From positions 4,928,001 to 4,992,000 of the forward strand of contig OZ244561.1 of NCBI GenBank assembly GCA_965217585.1: a DNA stretch of 64,000 nucleotides, given 5' to 3'. This DNA is from Candidatus Latescibacterota bacterium (GTDB taxonomy: Bacteria; Latescibacterota; UBA2968; UBA8231). A program made the translations under genes and the position numbers. The notes beneath the pieces were generated by a model. That model was given only the letters and a program-made list of their open reading frames with translations, searched no databases and was not told the DNA's origin. Positions 10,928-20,064 of this stretch are shown here, one piece after another; positions within the stretch are counted from its first letter, which is position 1; every line of letters starts with the position of its first letter.

Positions 10928-10968
10928 AAAGGGCTTTCAGCCTCTTTTAAAATCGACGGACATACACT

Positions 10969-12039
10969 GTGAAAGAAATAGCCTGTGCAAATTTCTATTC
11001 TTGGTCCATCTTCAGCCAAGAGCGCCAGATCGACTTCAACGGCCATCTGTGGGTGCGTGAAGAAGGCAATGTCCTGATCGATCCGGTGCCCATGACAGCG
11101 GCTGACTTGGATCAGTTCGACCAATTGGGTGGGGCCGCTTGGATCGTGCTGACCAATCGCGACCACGAGCGCGAAGCTGCTTTTTTTCGGGACCGCACCG
11201 GTGCCCGCATCGCCGCCCATCGCGCCGACGCCGACTTGTTTGAGCAGCCACTGGACCGTCGGCTGGACGACGGCGAGGAGATCGTTCCTGGGCTCCAAGT
11301 GGTTCATTTGGCACACGGCAAGAGTCCGGGGGAAATCGCCCTGTACTGGCCGGCCCTCAAGCTGATCTTGGCTGGCGATCTGGTCGTCGGTGCGCCGCTG
11401 GGCCGCATTACTTTGCTACCGGACGCTAAGCTAGCTGATCCGGCTCAAGCTGCCTTGGATCTGCGCAAATTGCTGCAGCTCGACTTTGACGCCCTGTTGA
11501 TGGGCGACGGCCATTCCATTCTGCACGATGCTCGCCGACTGTTGCTCGAATGCTTGGAGGAACGGACCGACATTTACATCAACAAGATCAATATAGAGGA
11601 TATTCCCTGGACGCCGGGGGGGGGACCTGCGGGCTACCGCTGGGAGATCAAGGATATTGACCCGCTCATCGGCGGCCAGCATTTGGGCTACTGCCTCTTC
11701 CGCCTGTCCGCTGGCCAGTCGATCTGTCCGCAGCACTTTCACCACTTTGAAGAGGAAATGTTCTACATCCTCGAAGGGTCCTGCACGCTGGTCGGCCCCC
11801 GCGGTCCAGTGGCGGTGGAACGGGGCGACTTTATCGCCTTCCCACCCGGTCCCCGCAGCGCCCACAAATTCACCAACCAAGGCCAGCAGCCCTGTGTGGT
11901 ATTGGCCTTGAGCAATGTCCTGCCGCACGATTTGACCCAATATCCCGATTCCGACAAAATCAACATCCGTTCCTTAGACCGACAGCGCATTTTCCGCCGC
12001 GCCGATGCGGTGGATTACTGGTCGGGTGAAACCGCTTGA
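10969..12039 (+). CDS. MBL-fold hydrolase fused to cupin domain
   Basis: LIDP, TNRDHER, AGD, MGDG in the N-terminal part; HFHHFEEEMFYILEG...AHKF cupin in the C-terminal part. Confidence 0.8.
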   Translation: MKEIACANFYSWSIFSQERQIDFNGHLWVREEGNVLIDPVPMTAADLDQFDQLGGAAWIVLTNRDHEREAAFFRDRTGARIAAHRADADLFEQPLDRRLDDGEEIVPGLQVVHLAHGKSPGEIALYWPALKLILAGDLVVGAPLGRITLLPDAKLADPAQAALDLRKLLQLDFDALLMGDGHSILHDARRLLLECLEERTDIYINKINIEDIPWTPGGGPAGYRWEIKDIDPLIGGQHLGYCLFRLSAGQSICPQHFHHFEEEMFYILEGSCTLVGPRGPVAVERGDFIAFPPGPRSAHKFTNQGQQPCVVLALSNVLPHDLTQYPDSDKINIRSLDRQRIFRRADAVDYWSGETA

Positions 12040-12064
12040 TTGCGATCTTTAAAGTGAGGGCAAC

Positions 12065-12814
12065 ATGAGCAATTTTTTACGACTCAATCTGCGTTCCCAG
12101 CGCCTTGCCCAAGACGAGGGCGACTACGCTATCTGGCGGGTGCAAACCAGCACCCAAGAGTGGGCAACGGACCAAACCGCGCTCTTGCTCTGCGACGTGT
12201 GGAACGGCCATTGGTGCCGCGGTGCGGTCGAGCGTCTCGACGCTATGGTCGAGCGCATGGACGCGGTAGTCAGAGCGGTGCGTGCGGCCGGTGGCCTGAT
12301 CGTCCACGCGCCTTCGGATACCATGGATTTTTACGCCGATGCGCCGGCGCGCCAGCGCGCGCTCGCAGCACCCCAAGTTGCGCCGCCGCTCGACGCCGAG
12401 CGCCCAGATCCTCCCTTGCCGGTGGATGCCTCAGATCACGGGGCGGACACGGGCGAGACCGAGACCCACAAGGCTTGGAATCGCCAGCATCCGGGGATTG
12501 GGATCGACCAAGAGCGGGATATTATTTCGGATAAGGGGCCGGAGGTGTATAGCTACTTACAGCACCAAGGGATTGCACATCTGCTGATTATGGGCGTCCA
12601 CACCAATATGTGCGTTTTACACCGAACCTTTGCCATCAAGCAGATGGTGCGCTGGGGGGTGGATGTGGCGCTGATCCGCGACTTAACCGACGCGATGTAC
12701 AATCCAGCCATGCCGCCCTACGTCAGCCATGACGCGGGCACGGGCTTAGTGGTTGAGTTTATCGAAAAATTCTGGTGTCCGAGCGTGGAGAGTAAGGATG
12801 TAATCGGGGAGTAA
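12065..12814 (+). CDS. Isochorismatase/cysteine hydrolase family protein
   Basis: LLCDVW, HAPS, MGVHTNMCV. Confidence 0.85.
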   Translation: MSNFLRLNLRSQRLAQDEGDYAIWRVQTSTQEWATDQTALLLCDVWNGHWCRGAVERLDAMVERMDAVVRAVRAAGGLIVHAPSDTMDFYADAPARQRALAAPQVAPPLDAERPDPPLPVDASDHGADTGETETHKAWNRQHPGIGIDQERDIISDKGPEVYSYLQHQGIAHLLIMGVHTNMCVLHRTFAIKQMVRWGVDVALIRDLTDAMYNPAMPPYVSHDAGTGLVVEFIEKFWCPSVESKDVIGE

Positions 12815-12889
12815 AATTGCGCCCCGTTAATCAAGTCGCCTATGTCCAGGCGACTCGCACCTAAAAGCAAACCCAAAGGAGGTGCTTTT

Positions 12890-13786
12890 ATGCGACTCAT
12901 CAGTGTGTTTTGCCTCATGCTGGCTTTTGTGCTGGCCGGAAGTGCCCATGCCCACATCGGCGAGAAGGTCTATCTGATCTTCGAGATCCCGGATGCCGAT
13001 TTGGGGGATCTCGACCTCTTCGATGGGGACATCTCCGACTGGGAGGATGTGGTCGGCGACGCTTCACTTAGGCCTGATGACTTTTTTGCCGACCCGACTG
13101 TCGGCGACGGTGCCCAGTACGATCCAGCCGATATGGACTACCGGGTCTGGCTGGGCTGGAACGACACCAACAACCGGCTCTACCTCGCGGCCGAGCGCAC
13201 CGACAATGTGTACATCAACGAGTACGCCGGCGGCCAGCCCGCCTCGGTGTGGCAGCACGATTCGATCGAGTTCATGGTGGATGGCGACCACTCCGGTGGC
13301 CAGTACAATTTCAACAACGACGAGACCATGACCGACGAGGAGAAGGCGCTCAATCAGAACCGCCAAGCTCAGAAGTGGAACGCGATTTTCGACGTGCCCG
13401 ATGGGCGGTTTTTGGGCTATCCCGGCCGGGCCGATTGGCTCAACGCGCCACCCTTGAGCGATGGCGGCGGCAAGTCGGTCGGCGAAGGGCCGACTGTCTC
13501 GGTGCTGGAGATCTACGTCACACCCTACGACGACATCGTCTTCAGCGACGAGGCCGCTAGCGTAGCCACCGACTTAGAGGTCGGCAACATCATCGGCTTA
13601 CAGATCGCCATGCCGGACTTCGACACCGCTCCTCAGGAGTACCGGGCCTACCACACCCTCTCCGGCCAAGCAGCGACCTTCCGCTTTGCCGAGCGCTTCG
13701 TCGATGCCCAGCTAGTCGGTGCCGACGACGCGACCGCGGTGGCTGACCGGTCATGGGCGCGGATCAAGGCGAGTTTTAGCGAGTAG
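12890..13786 (+). CDS. Secreted CBM9/DOMON-like acidic protein
   Basis: Signal peptide; DGDISDW, LYLA, DSIEFMVDGDHSGG; ends AVADRSWARIKASFSE; AGGAGG RBS. Confidence 0.7.
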   Translation: MRLISVFCLMLAFVLAGSAHAHIGEKVYLIFEIPDADLGDLDLFDGDISDWEDVVGDASLRPDDFFADPTVGDGAQYDPADMDYRVWLGWNDTNNRLYLAAERTDNVYINEYAGGQPASVWQHDSIEFMVDGDHSGGQYNFNNDETMTDEEKALNQNRQAQKWNAIFDVPDGRFLGYPGRADWLNAPPLSDGGGKSVGEGPTVSVLEIYVTPYDDIVFSDEAASVATDLEVGNIIGLQIAMPDFDTAPQEYRAYHTLSGQAATFRFAERFVDAQLVGADDATAVADRSWARIKASFSE

Positions 13787-13799
13787 GCTTTTTGCTTTT

Positions 13800-13849
13800 T
13801 ACCCCCTGCGCGAGAGGTAGCACCTTTCGCGCAGGGGGTATTTTATTTT
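13800..13849 (+). terminator. Intrinsic terminator
   Basis: TACCCCCTGCGCGAGAGGT-agc-ACCTTTCGCGCAGGGGGTA stem followed by TTTTATTTT. Confidence 0.85.
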
Positions 13850-13892
13850 AGAAGCCGTCTGCGCCCCAAGAGCGAACGGTTTCTAAGGGCCG

Positions 13893-14856
13893 ATGTTATC
13901 GACTCTTTTGCAAATAACAACACCTAACAAAGTCATCGGCTGGACGGCCGTTGTGCTGGGGCTGTTTTGCGGCCAGGTGGCGGCGCAAGCGGCGGCTCGC
14001 GTTGAAGTGCCCATTTTTGAGGGCGGTGCGGGATTGGACTTTTTCTTTTTTGCCGCGCGCGAATACGAAAAGGCCCGTCCCGATGTGCAGGTTGATCTCT
14101 ATGGCGACCCGCGCATCGCCGATAAGGTGCGGGTGCGGATCCTCGAAGGGACGTTCCCGGAAGCCAGCAACGCGGGTCTCAACTACTGGGCGCTGATACG
14201 CAACGGCGAAATCCTGCCTCTCGACGACTATCTGGACGGGCCGAGCTGGGATGGGGACCGGACTTGGCGCGCGTCCTTCCTGCCCGGCAGCCTCGACCGC
14301 TATGAGCACGAGGGCAAGATCTACGGCATTCCCTTCCTCTATTCGGTCTATGCCGTCTGGTACAACAAGAACATGTTCAAAGAGCACGGCTGGGCACCGC
14401 CGCGCACTTGGGACGAGTTTTTCGCCCTCTGCGAGCAAATCCGCGCAACAGGAGTTTGGCCGCTGGCCTTTCAGGGGCGTTATCCAGGCTATATCGGCGG
14501 CGTGACCGACAACGCCTATTATCATCTCGCTGGCCGGACGCGCTTCTACGAGCAGAAGGAGTTGGTGCCGGGCAGTTTCGCCAATCCCGAATACGTGACG
14601 GCGCTCGGGCTTATTCAGCGCACGGCGCAGGAGTACTTCCAGCCCGGTGCCCTCGGCATGAGCCACACTGAGGCGCAGCTCGAGTTTTTCTTGGGGCATA
14701 CCGCGATGGTCTTTTGCGGCTCTTGGCTCAAAAGCGAGATGATGGGCAAAATCCCCGACGGCTTCCGCTTGGGGACGTTTAATTTGCCCGTGGTCGAGGG
14801 CGGAGCCGGCGAACCCGGTGCCATCTATACTGGTGCCGGGTATTACTTTGTCTTCA
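13893..14856 (+). CDS. Exon 1 of solute-binding protein/ABC permease fusion (interrupted by group II intron)
   Basis: GKIYGIP, WYNKNMF, PRTWDEF SBP motifs; joining 14856 to 17780 restores frame YYFVF-K-NSAHPELG (770 aa in total). Confidence 0.85.
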
Positions 14857-15300
14857 GTGTGAGCTTAAAGTCGCTCATGTCCAGTGAAAACAAGAACTTG
14901 CAGTCTTGTTTTCTTCATTAGTATGCAGATGAATCTCCACATCCCCTTGCGTCCTGAGTAATTGGGAGGTCTGAAACAGGGATGGAAAAGCCTAATGTCC
15001 AACGAAACTACTATCGTGGGACAGGGCAAGGAGAAGTGAGAAAGGGTGAACGGAAGTGAATCTGTATAGGCTTCGTAACGATTAACCGCCGAAACAGTAG
15101 TTGATTACGGCGGACGGGCTAAGAAATCGGCTGCGTCTCAGGCCGATGAAGGTCAAACGTGCTGAAGAGCGTTTGACTGGCATACCAAGGCCCCGGAGTA
15201 TTTGCAGGCACCCGACCCTCACGTTTCTGGCATGTGCGGAAAAGCGGAACACCATTGAGGTCTGTGGGAAACAGAAGATAAAAAGATGCCCAGATTGAAC

Positions 15301-15343
15301 AAAAAAAGAGGCAGGGGTGTTGACAATGACATCCCCCACCTCT
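15301..15343 (-). terminator. Intrinsic terminator on minus strand within intron domain II
   Basis: Minus-strand stem GAGGTGGGGG/CCCCTGCCTC (two G-U pairs) followed by seven T. Confidence 0.65.
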
Positions 15344-15494
15344 CTTGCTGTTTAACTGAAAGAGGTCCCGGAACCTTGATTAATTTGAGTGGTCATAGCA
15401 CTCAAATTCAAGTTACCCGTGAGCCTGTAGGAGATGGGTTGATTTCTCAAAAACCCCATCAACTCCACTCGTTGATTAAACGGAGTAGAACTAC

Positions 15495-15656
15495 TTATTC
15501 ATCCTCCTCCTCTTGGTCATCATCCAAGAGGGATTGGGCGGCTAACGTAGCTCCAACTCCAATAGCGAGCGGAATACCTACGGCAGCAATAAGCGGTATC
15601 GAGAGAGCCTTTCCTATAAAAGGTATCCCGACTATTGCAATATTGCCCAAGGACAT
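15495..15656 (-). CDS. 53-aa hydrophobic peptide with acidic tail, antisense cargo in intron domain II
   Basis: GAGGAGG RBS just upstream of ATG 15656; MSLGNIAIVGIPFIGKALSIPLIAAVGIPLAIGVGATLAAQSLLDDDQEEEDE; downstream terminator. Confidence 0.7.
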   Translation of the reverse strand: MSLGNIAIVGIPFIGKALSIPLIAAVGIPLAIGVGATLAAQSLLDDDQEEEDE

Positions 15657-16025
15657 AAAAAATCCTCCTCTGACAGTAAAAGCTGGTGGATAAAAGTGGC
15701 GAAAGGACGGCCTTCGCCACACCCGCCAACTGAGAACGAAGGACAAGAACGACCATACGGTCAGACTTGTCAAGTTCTTGACAGCTTCAATCTCTGGCTC
15801 TTTTGATAACTCTCTGACTACCATAGTAACCCAACCGCAAGGGAGGCTGAATCCCTCAGTGGTAACAGGATGTCCCAAGATGCGAAAGCCCGCAGCCGAA
15901 AGGCACCGGAAATACATAACCGGCGGGATAGGGCAATACCCAACGCGAAAGCGTGCGGACGTGGGACAGGTGAAACCGTCCATAAGGTTGCAGAAGTAAC
16001 CTTGAATCAGAAAGGAGACGCGCAG

Positions 16026-17720
16026 ATGGGATACCCGAGCGATCCACTGAAACTAACTCGATGGAACGACATTGACTGGTTCAACACCATCGACGCAGTT
16101 AAAGGCTTACGACAGCAAATCTTCAGGGCGTCTAAGTCAGGAGACAAGAGGAAACTCAAGTCTCTGCAACGACTGATGTTGAAAAGCAAGGCCAATGCCG
16201 CTGTCAGTGTCCGGCAGGCCACGCAAGTCAACAAAGGTCGGGGAACACCGGGAACCGACGACCGTATTGCTCTGACCGGCGAGTTGAGAACTGAGTTGAT
16301 GCACGAAATACTGAGCATTGACGACTGGACTCCACAGCCAGCCAGAAGGGTCAACATCCCGAAGGCCAATGGCAAAACCAGACCATTAGGCATTCCAGCT
16401 ATTGCCGACCGCTGCAAGCAGGCGATGGTGAAGAATGCGCTTGAACCCCAATGGGAAGCCCGGTTTGAACCCTGTTCATATGGGTTCAGGCCGAGCCGAT
16501 CCTGCCATGATGCGATTGGCCGCATTTTTCGCGTAGCCCTCCCACACGGAAATAAAAAGTGGGTGGTCGATGCGGATATAAAGGGAGCCTTCGACAACAT
16601 CAGCCACGAACACCTATTAGACCAGTTGCAGGGTTTTCCAGAACTCGGACTGATTGAAAAGTGGCTCAGAGCTGGTGTGATGATAGAGGGCATCTTTCAG
16701 GAGACAGTAATGGGAACCCCGCAAGGGGGTGTTATCAGCCCGCTACTGCTCAACGTAGCTTTGCATGGAATGGAGGATGCGGTAGGGGTGCGTTACCAGC
16801 AGCACGGGAAATACACCCAACTGATAAGCAACGTGGCTCTAATCCGATATGCAGATGACTTCGTTATCTTCGCTACTACTAAGGAAGAAGCCGAATCATC
16901 GAAAGACCGCATAGACGATTGGCTCAAGGACAGAGGGCTGGAACTCTCGCAAGAGAAAACCAGTATCCGAAATCTGCGAGAAGGGTTTGACTTTTTGGGT
17001 TTCAACATCAAGGAATACCAGAAAGCAAGCACTGGAAAAGTCAAATTGTTCATCAGGCCCAGTCAGGATGCAGTCGCGCGATTTCAGGACAGGTTACGGC
17101 AGGAATGGACCAATCTACGGGGCCAAAATGCCGATACTGTAATGAGCAGACTTAATCCGATTCTTAGAGGTTGGGGAAACTACTATAAGCATGTAGTCTC
17201 ATCGCGCATCTTCAGCAAGATGGATGACTTCAACTACTGGAGAAGCCGTAGGTGGATGAATAAGACCCACCCGAAAAAGAGCGATGACTGGAAAACAAAC
17301 CGCTACCACCAAGTGCAAACCAAGCCGGGCTTAGTCAAAAGATTCGGGAATGTCGAAACAGGGCAATATCTCTTTCGATTGACTGACCTTCGGATTGATA
17401 GGCACATCCTAATCCGGCATGGAGCATCACCGGATGACCCAGAGATACGGAACTACTGGAAGAAAAGGGAGAAGCGGAAAACGGAACTCCTACCAAGTGC
17501 CAAGCATGAGGCATTGGCCCAACTGCAAGAGGGCGTGTGTGCCGAGTGCATGGGGAGCTTATACGGAGATGAAAAACTGGAAATTCATCACTGTATCCCA
17601 AAAGGTCAAAGTGGGAGGGACAAGCTCGTTAATCTCCGATTGGTTCACCGTATTTGCCATGAGCAAATAAGTTCCAAAACACTTAGAGGCGAAACGGTTT
17701 GCTTGAGCCGTGTGCGGTGA
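16026..17720 (+). CDS. ltrA: Group II intron reverse transcriptase/maturase with HNH endonuclease
   Basis: RVT_N (WNDIDW), RPLGIP, SYGFRP, GTPQGGVISPLL, RYADD, maturase LNPILRGWGNYY, C-terminal CxxC...EIHH...N...HRICH; AGGAG RBS before ATG 16026. Confidence 0.95.
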   Translation: MGYPSDPLKLTRWNDIDWFNTIDAVKGLRQQIFRASKSGDKRKLKSLQRLMLKSKANAAVSVRQATQVNKGRGTPGTDDRIALTGELRTELMHEILSIDDWTPQPARRVNIPKANGKTRPLGIPAIADRCKQAMVKNALEPQWEARFEPCSYGFRPSRSCHDAIGRIFRVALPHGNKKWVVDADIKGAFDNISHEHLLDQLQGFPELGLIEKWLRAGVMIEGIFQETVMGTPQGGVISPLLLNVALHGMEDAVGVRYQQHGKYTQLISNVALIRYADDFVIFATTKEEAESSKDRIDDWLKDRGLELSQEKTSIRNLREGFDFLGFNIKEYQKASTGKVKLFIRPSQDAVARFQDRLRQEWTNLRGQNADTVMSRLNPILRGWGNYYKHVVSSRIFSKMDDFNYWRSRRWMNKTHPKKSDDWKTNRYHQVQTKPGLVKRFGNVETGQYLFRLTDLRIDRHILIRHGASPDDPEIRNYWKKREKRKTELLPSAKHEALAQLQEGVCAECMGSLYGDEKLEIHHCIPKGQSGRDKLVNLRLVHRICHEQISSKTLRGETVCLSRVR

Positions 17721-17779
17721 AAGTCGCACGCACGGTTCTGAGGGGGGCGGAGGCTGGCGACAGTCTCCGCCTACCCGAC

Positions 17780-19128
17780 AAAACAGCGCCCACCCCGAGT
17801 TGGGCGTGGATTTTTTGCGCTTTATGACCTCGCGGGAGATGGCCGGCACCTTCGCCGAGATGCGCGATGTTTTGGTGGCCGTCGATGGGGCGATGGAAGG
17901 GCGGACCAGCGAGGATTTGCAGGATTTGGTGGAATTGGCGCAGCAGGCTTCTACGGCCTATGGCACCGCTCCGGGCGAGGGCTTCCCGGAGATGGACCAG
18001 TTCCTCAACGATGTGCGTTTCAAGATCGTCAATGGGCAGCTAACGCCGGAGGAGGGGGCCAGAGAGCTGGAGTCGGCGGCTGAGGCGGTGCGCAACCGCA
18101 GCCAGCACCCAGATCAGATTACCATCCGCCATCTGTGGAAACCTGCGCTGCTGTTGGGCCTTTTGGCGTTGGCGATGGGCTATTGGTTGTACACGACGGC
18201 GCGGCAGTGGCGCGCGAGGCAGGTCGGCCAAGCGCCACGGCCTACTAGCACCGTGCGTTTGAAGTGGGCTGGGGTGGTGTTCTTCGTCGGGCCGGCGGCG
18301 GCGTTCTACACGCTCTTCGTGGTGGTGCCCAGCATCAAGTCCTTCTTCTGGAGCGCGATGCGCTGGGACGGGCTGACGGAGATGGTCTTTGTCGGGCTGT
18401 TGCACTTCCAGCGGCTGCTTTTTGAGAGCGACGAGTTCTGGATCGCGCTGTCGAACAATCTCTTCATCATGTTCATCATCCCGCTCTGCGTGTTGCCGCT
18501 AGCGCTTTTTCTGGCGGTGTGCATCAGCCGCGAGGTCGTCGGGGCTAAGCTCTTCCGCATCGTCTTTTTCTTTCCCAACATTCTCGGCGGGGTCGCGGCG
18601 ACGCTGCTGTGGATGCACCTATACAATCCACAGGGCGGGCCGATCAACACGGTGTTGGTAGCCTTGGGATTGGAGGGGTTTGAAGGCTTTGCTTGGCTGG
18701 CGCAGGACAATCTCTACTGGGCGCTGATACCCATGTCGATCTGGGGTGCGGCCGGGTTCAATATGGTGCTGTTTTTGGCGGCGATGGAGAGTATTCCGCA
18801 GAGCATGTACGAGGCGGCTGACATCGACGGGGCCTCGGCTTGGCGGCAGTTTTGGTCGATTACGGTGCCGCTGATTTGGGAGGTGCTGTCGATAGCGATC
18901 GTGTTTATGATCATCGGCGGGATGAAGGCGTTTGAGGTGATTTGGCTGTTGACCAATCAGCGGCCGACGACTGACAACCACGTGATCGGCACGCGGATGG
19001 TGCAGGCGATGTTTACTGAGTTCAAGGTGGGGGAGGCGACCGCGATTGCAGTGTTGCTCTTTTTGATCGTGTTCTTTGGCACTACCGCGACCTTGCGCGC
19101 GATGAAGCGCGAAGCTGTGGAGTTTTGA
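17780..19128 (+). CDS. Exon 2 of solute-binding protein/ABC permease fusion
   Basis: SBP C-terminus followed by MalF-type permease with MYEAADIDGASAWRQF EAA motif. Confidence 0.85.
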
Positions 19129-19130
19129 AT

Positions 19131-19988
19131 ATGGTCGAGCAACGCAAATTTTCTCTCGCCAAACCTTTCGTCTATCTGGCGCTATGCGGCTATCTGACGG
19201 TTGTGGTTTATCCGATGCTGTGGCTGTTGTACACCTCGCTAAAGACGGATCGCGAAATTTTCCTCAATCCCTTCAGCCTGCCCGAGCTTGGCGATCTGCA
19301 ATGGATCAACTTTACCAACGCTTGGACTAAGGGTCACTTCGGTGATTACTTCTTCAACAGCGTCTTTTTGACCGTCGCGACCGTGGCGGTCTCCATGCTG
19401 CTGGCGTCGATGGCGGCTTATGCGCTGGCGCGCTTTCGCTTCTTTGGGGTGCGGCCGATGTTTTTCTACTTCTTGGCCGGGCTGATGATTCCGTTGCAAC
19501 TGTCTATTGTGCCGCTCTTTTTTCAGATGAAGGACTTTGGATTGCTCAATTCGCGGCTGGGTATTCTGATGGTCTATGTGGCCTTTGGGATGCCGTTTGC
19601 CATCTTTATTCTCACGGGGTTTTTCAAGTCTTTGCCTTCTGGGTTGCACGAGTCGGCGCTGATCGATGGGGCGGGGGAGTTTCGGGCGTTTTGGTCGATT
19701 ATGTTGCCGTTGGCGCGGCCGGGGCTTATTACGGTGGGCATCTTCGCCTTTTTGGGGGCTTGGAACGAATTTTTTATGGCCTTTATGTTCCTGTCCGGGG
19801 AGGGGTCGCAGGAGTTGCGCACGCTGCCGTTAGGGCTGGCCAACATTACCATTGTCAGTCAGTATCGCAGCGATTGGGGCATGGCCTTTGCCGGGTTGGT
19901 GCTGATCATGGCACCGACGATGTTGGTGTACGCTTTTCTGCAGCAATACTTGACGAAGGGGATTACTGTTGGGGCGCTTAAGGGGTAG
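19131..19988 (+). CDS. Carbohydrate ABC permease (MalG-type)
   Basis: ESALIDGAGEF, WNEF; ends GITVGALKG. Confidence 0.92.
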   Translation: MVEQRKFSLAKPFVYLALCGYLTVVVYPMLWLLYTSLKTDREIFLNPFSLPELGDLQWINFTNAWTKGHFGDYFFNSVFLTVATVAVSMLLASMAAYALARFRFFGVRPMFFYFLAGLMIPLQLSIVPLFFQMKDFGLLNSRLGILMVYVAFGMPFAIFILTGFFKSLPSGLHESALIDGAGEFRAFWSIMLPLARPGLITVGIFAFLGAWNEFFMAFMFLSGEGSQELRTLPLGLANITIVSQYRSDWGMAFAGLVLIMAPTMLVYAFLQQYLTKGITVGALKG

Positions 19989-20064
19989 AAAGAGGCTGTG
20001 ACGATTGATGAGCAAAACGACGATACGGCTAACGGCAGCGTCTTCAGAACAGTGAGGAAGTAAT

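Larger units (their letters stand above)
14857..17779 (+). mobile_element. Group II intron (IIB, chloroplast-like-type IEP), 2923 nt
   Basis: 5' GTGTG; 3' CTACCCGAC; domain V 17705-17738 with AGC triad and GAAA loop; domain VI hairpin; EBS1 TGAAGA (15163-15168) complementary to IBS1 TCTTCA (14851-14856); excision restores the host ORF. Confidence 0.95.

Noticed and set aside
14859-14863. GTGAG as alternative intron 5' end
   Set aside because: It does not restore the frame with the 3' end at 17779 and breaks the EBS1/IBS1 register
15657-15983. 162-aa version of the antisense ORF
   Set aside because: The upstream extension is antisense to conserved intron structure and lacks an RBS; the internal ATG 15656 has GAGGAGG
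15870-16025. 616-aa start for the RT given by the ORF track
   Set aside because: This stretch corresponds to intron domain III/IV RNA; ATG 16026 has an AGGAG RBS and directly precedes the RVT_N motif
16026-17720. RT as retron, DGR or defence RT
   Set aside because: Maturase and HNH domains, DV/DVI and EBS/IBS pairing identify a group II intron; no TR/VR repeat pair was seen
17710-17779. N-terminus of the 472-aa ORF in the track
   Set aside because: These codons are intron domains V-VI; host coding resumes at 17780
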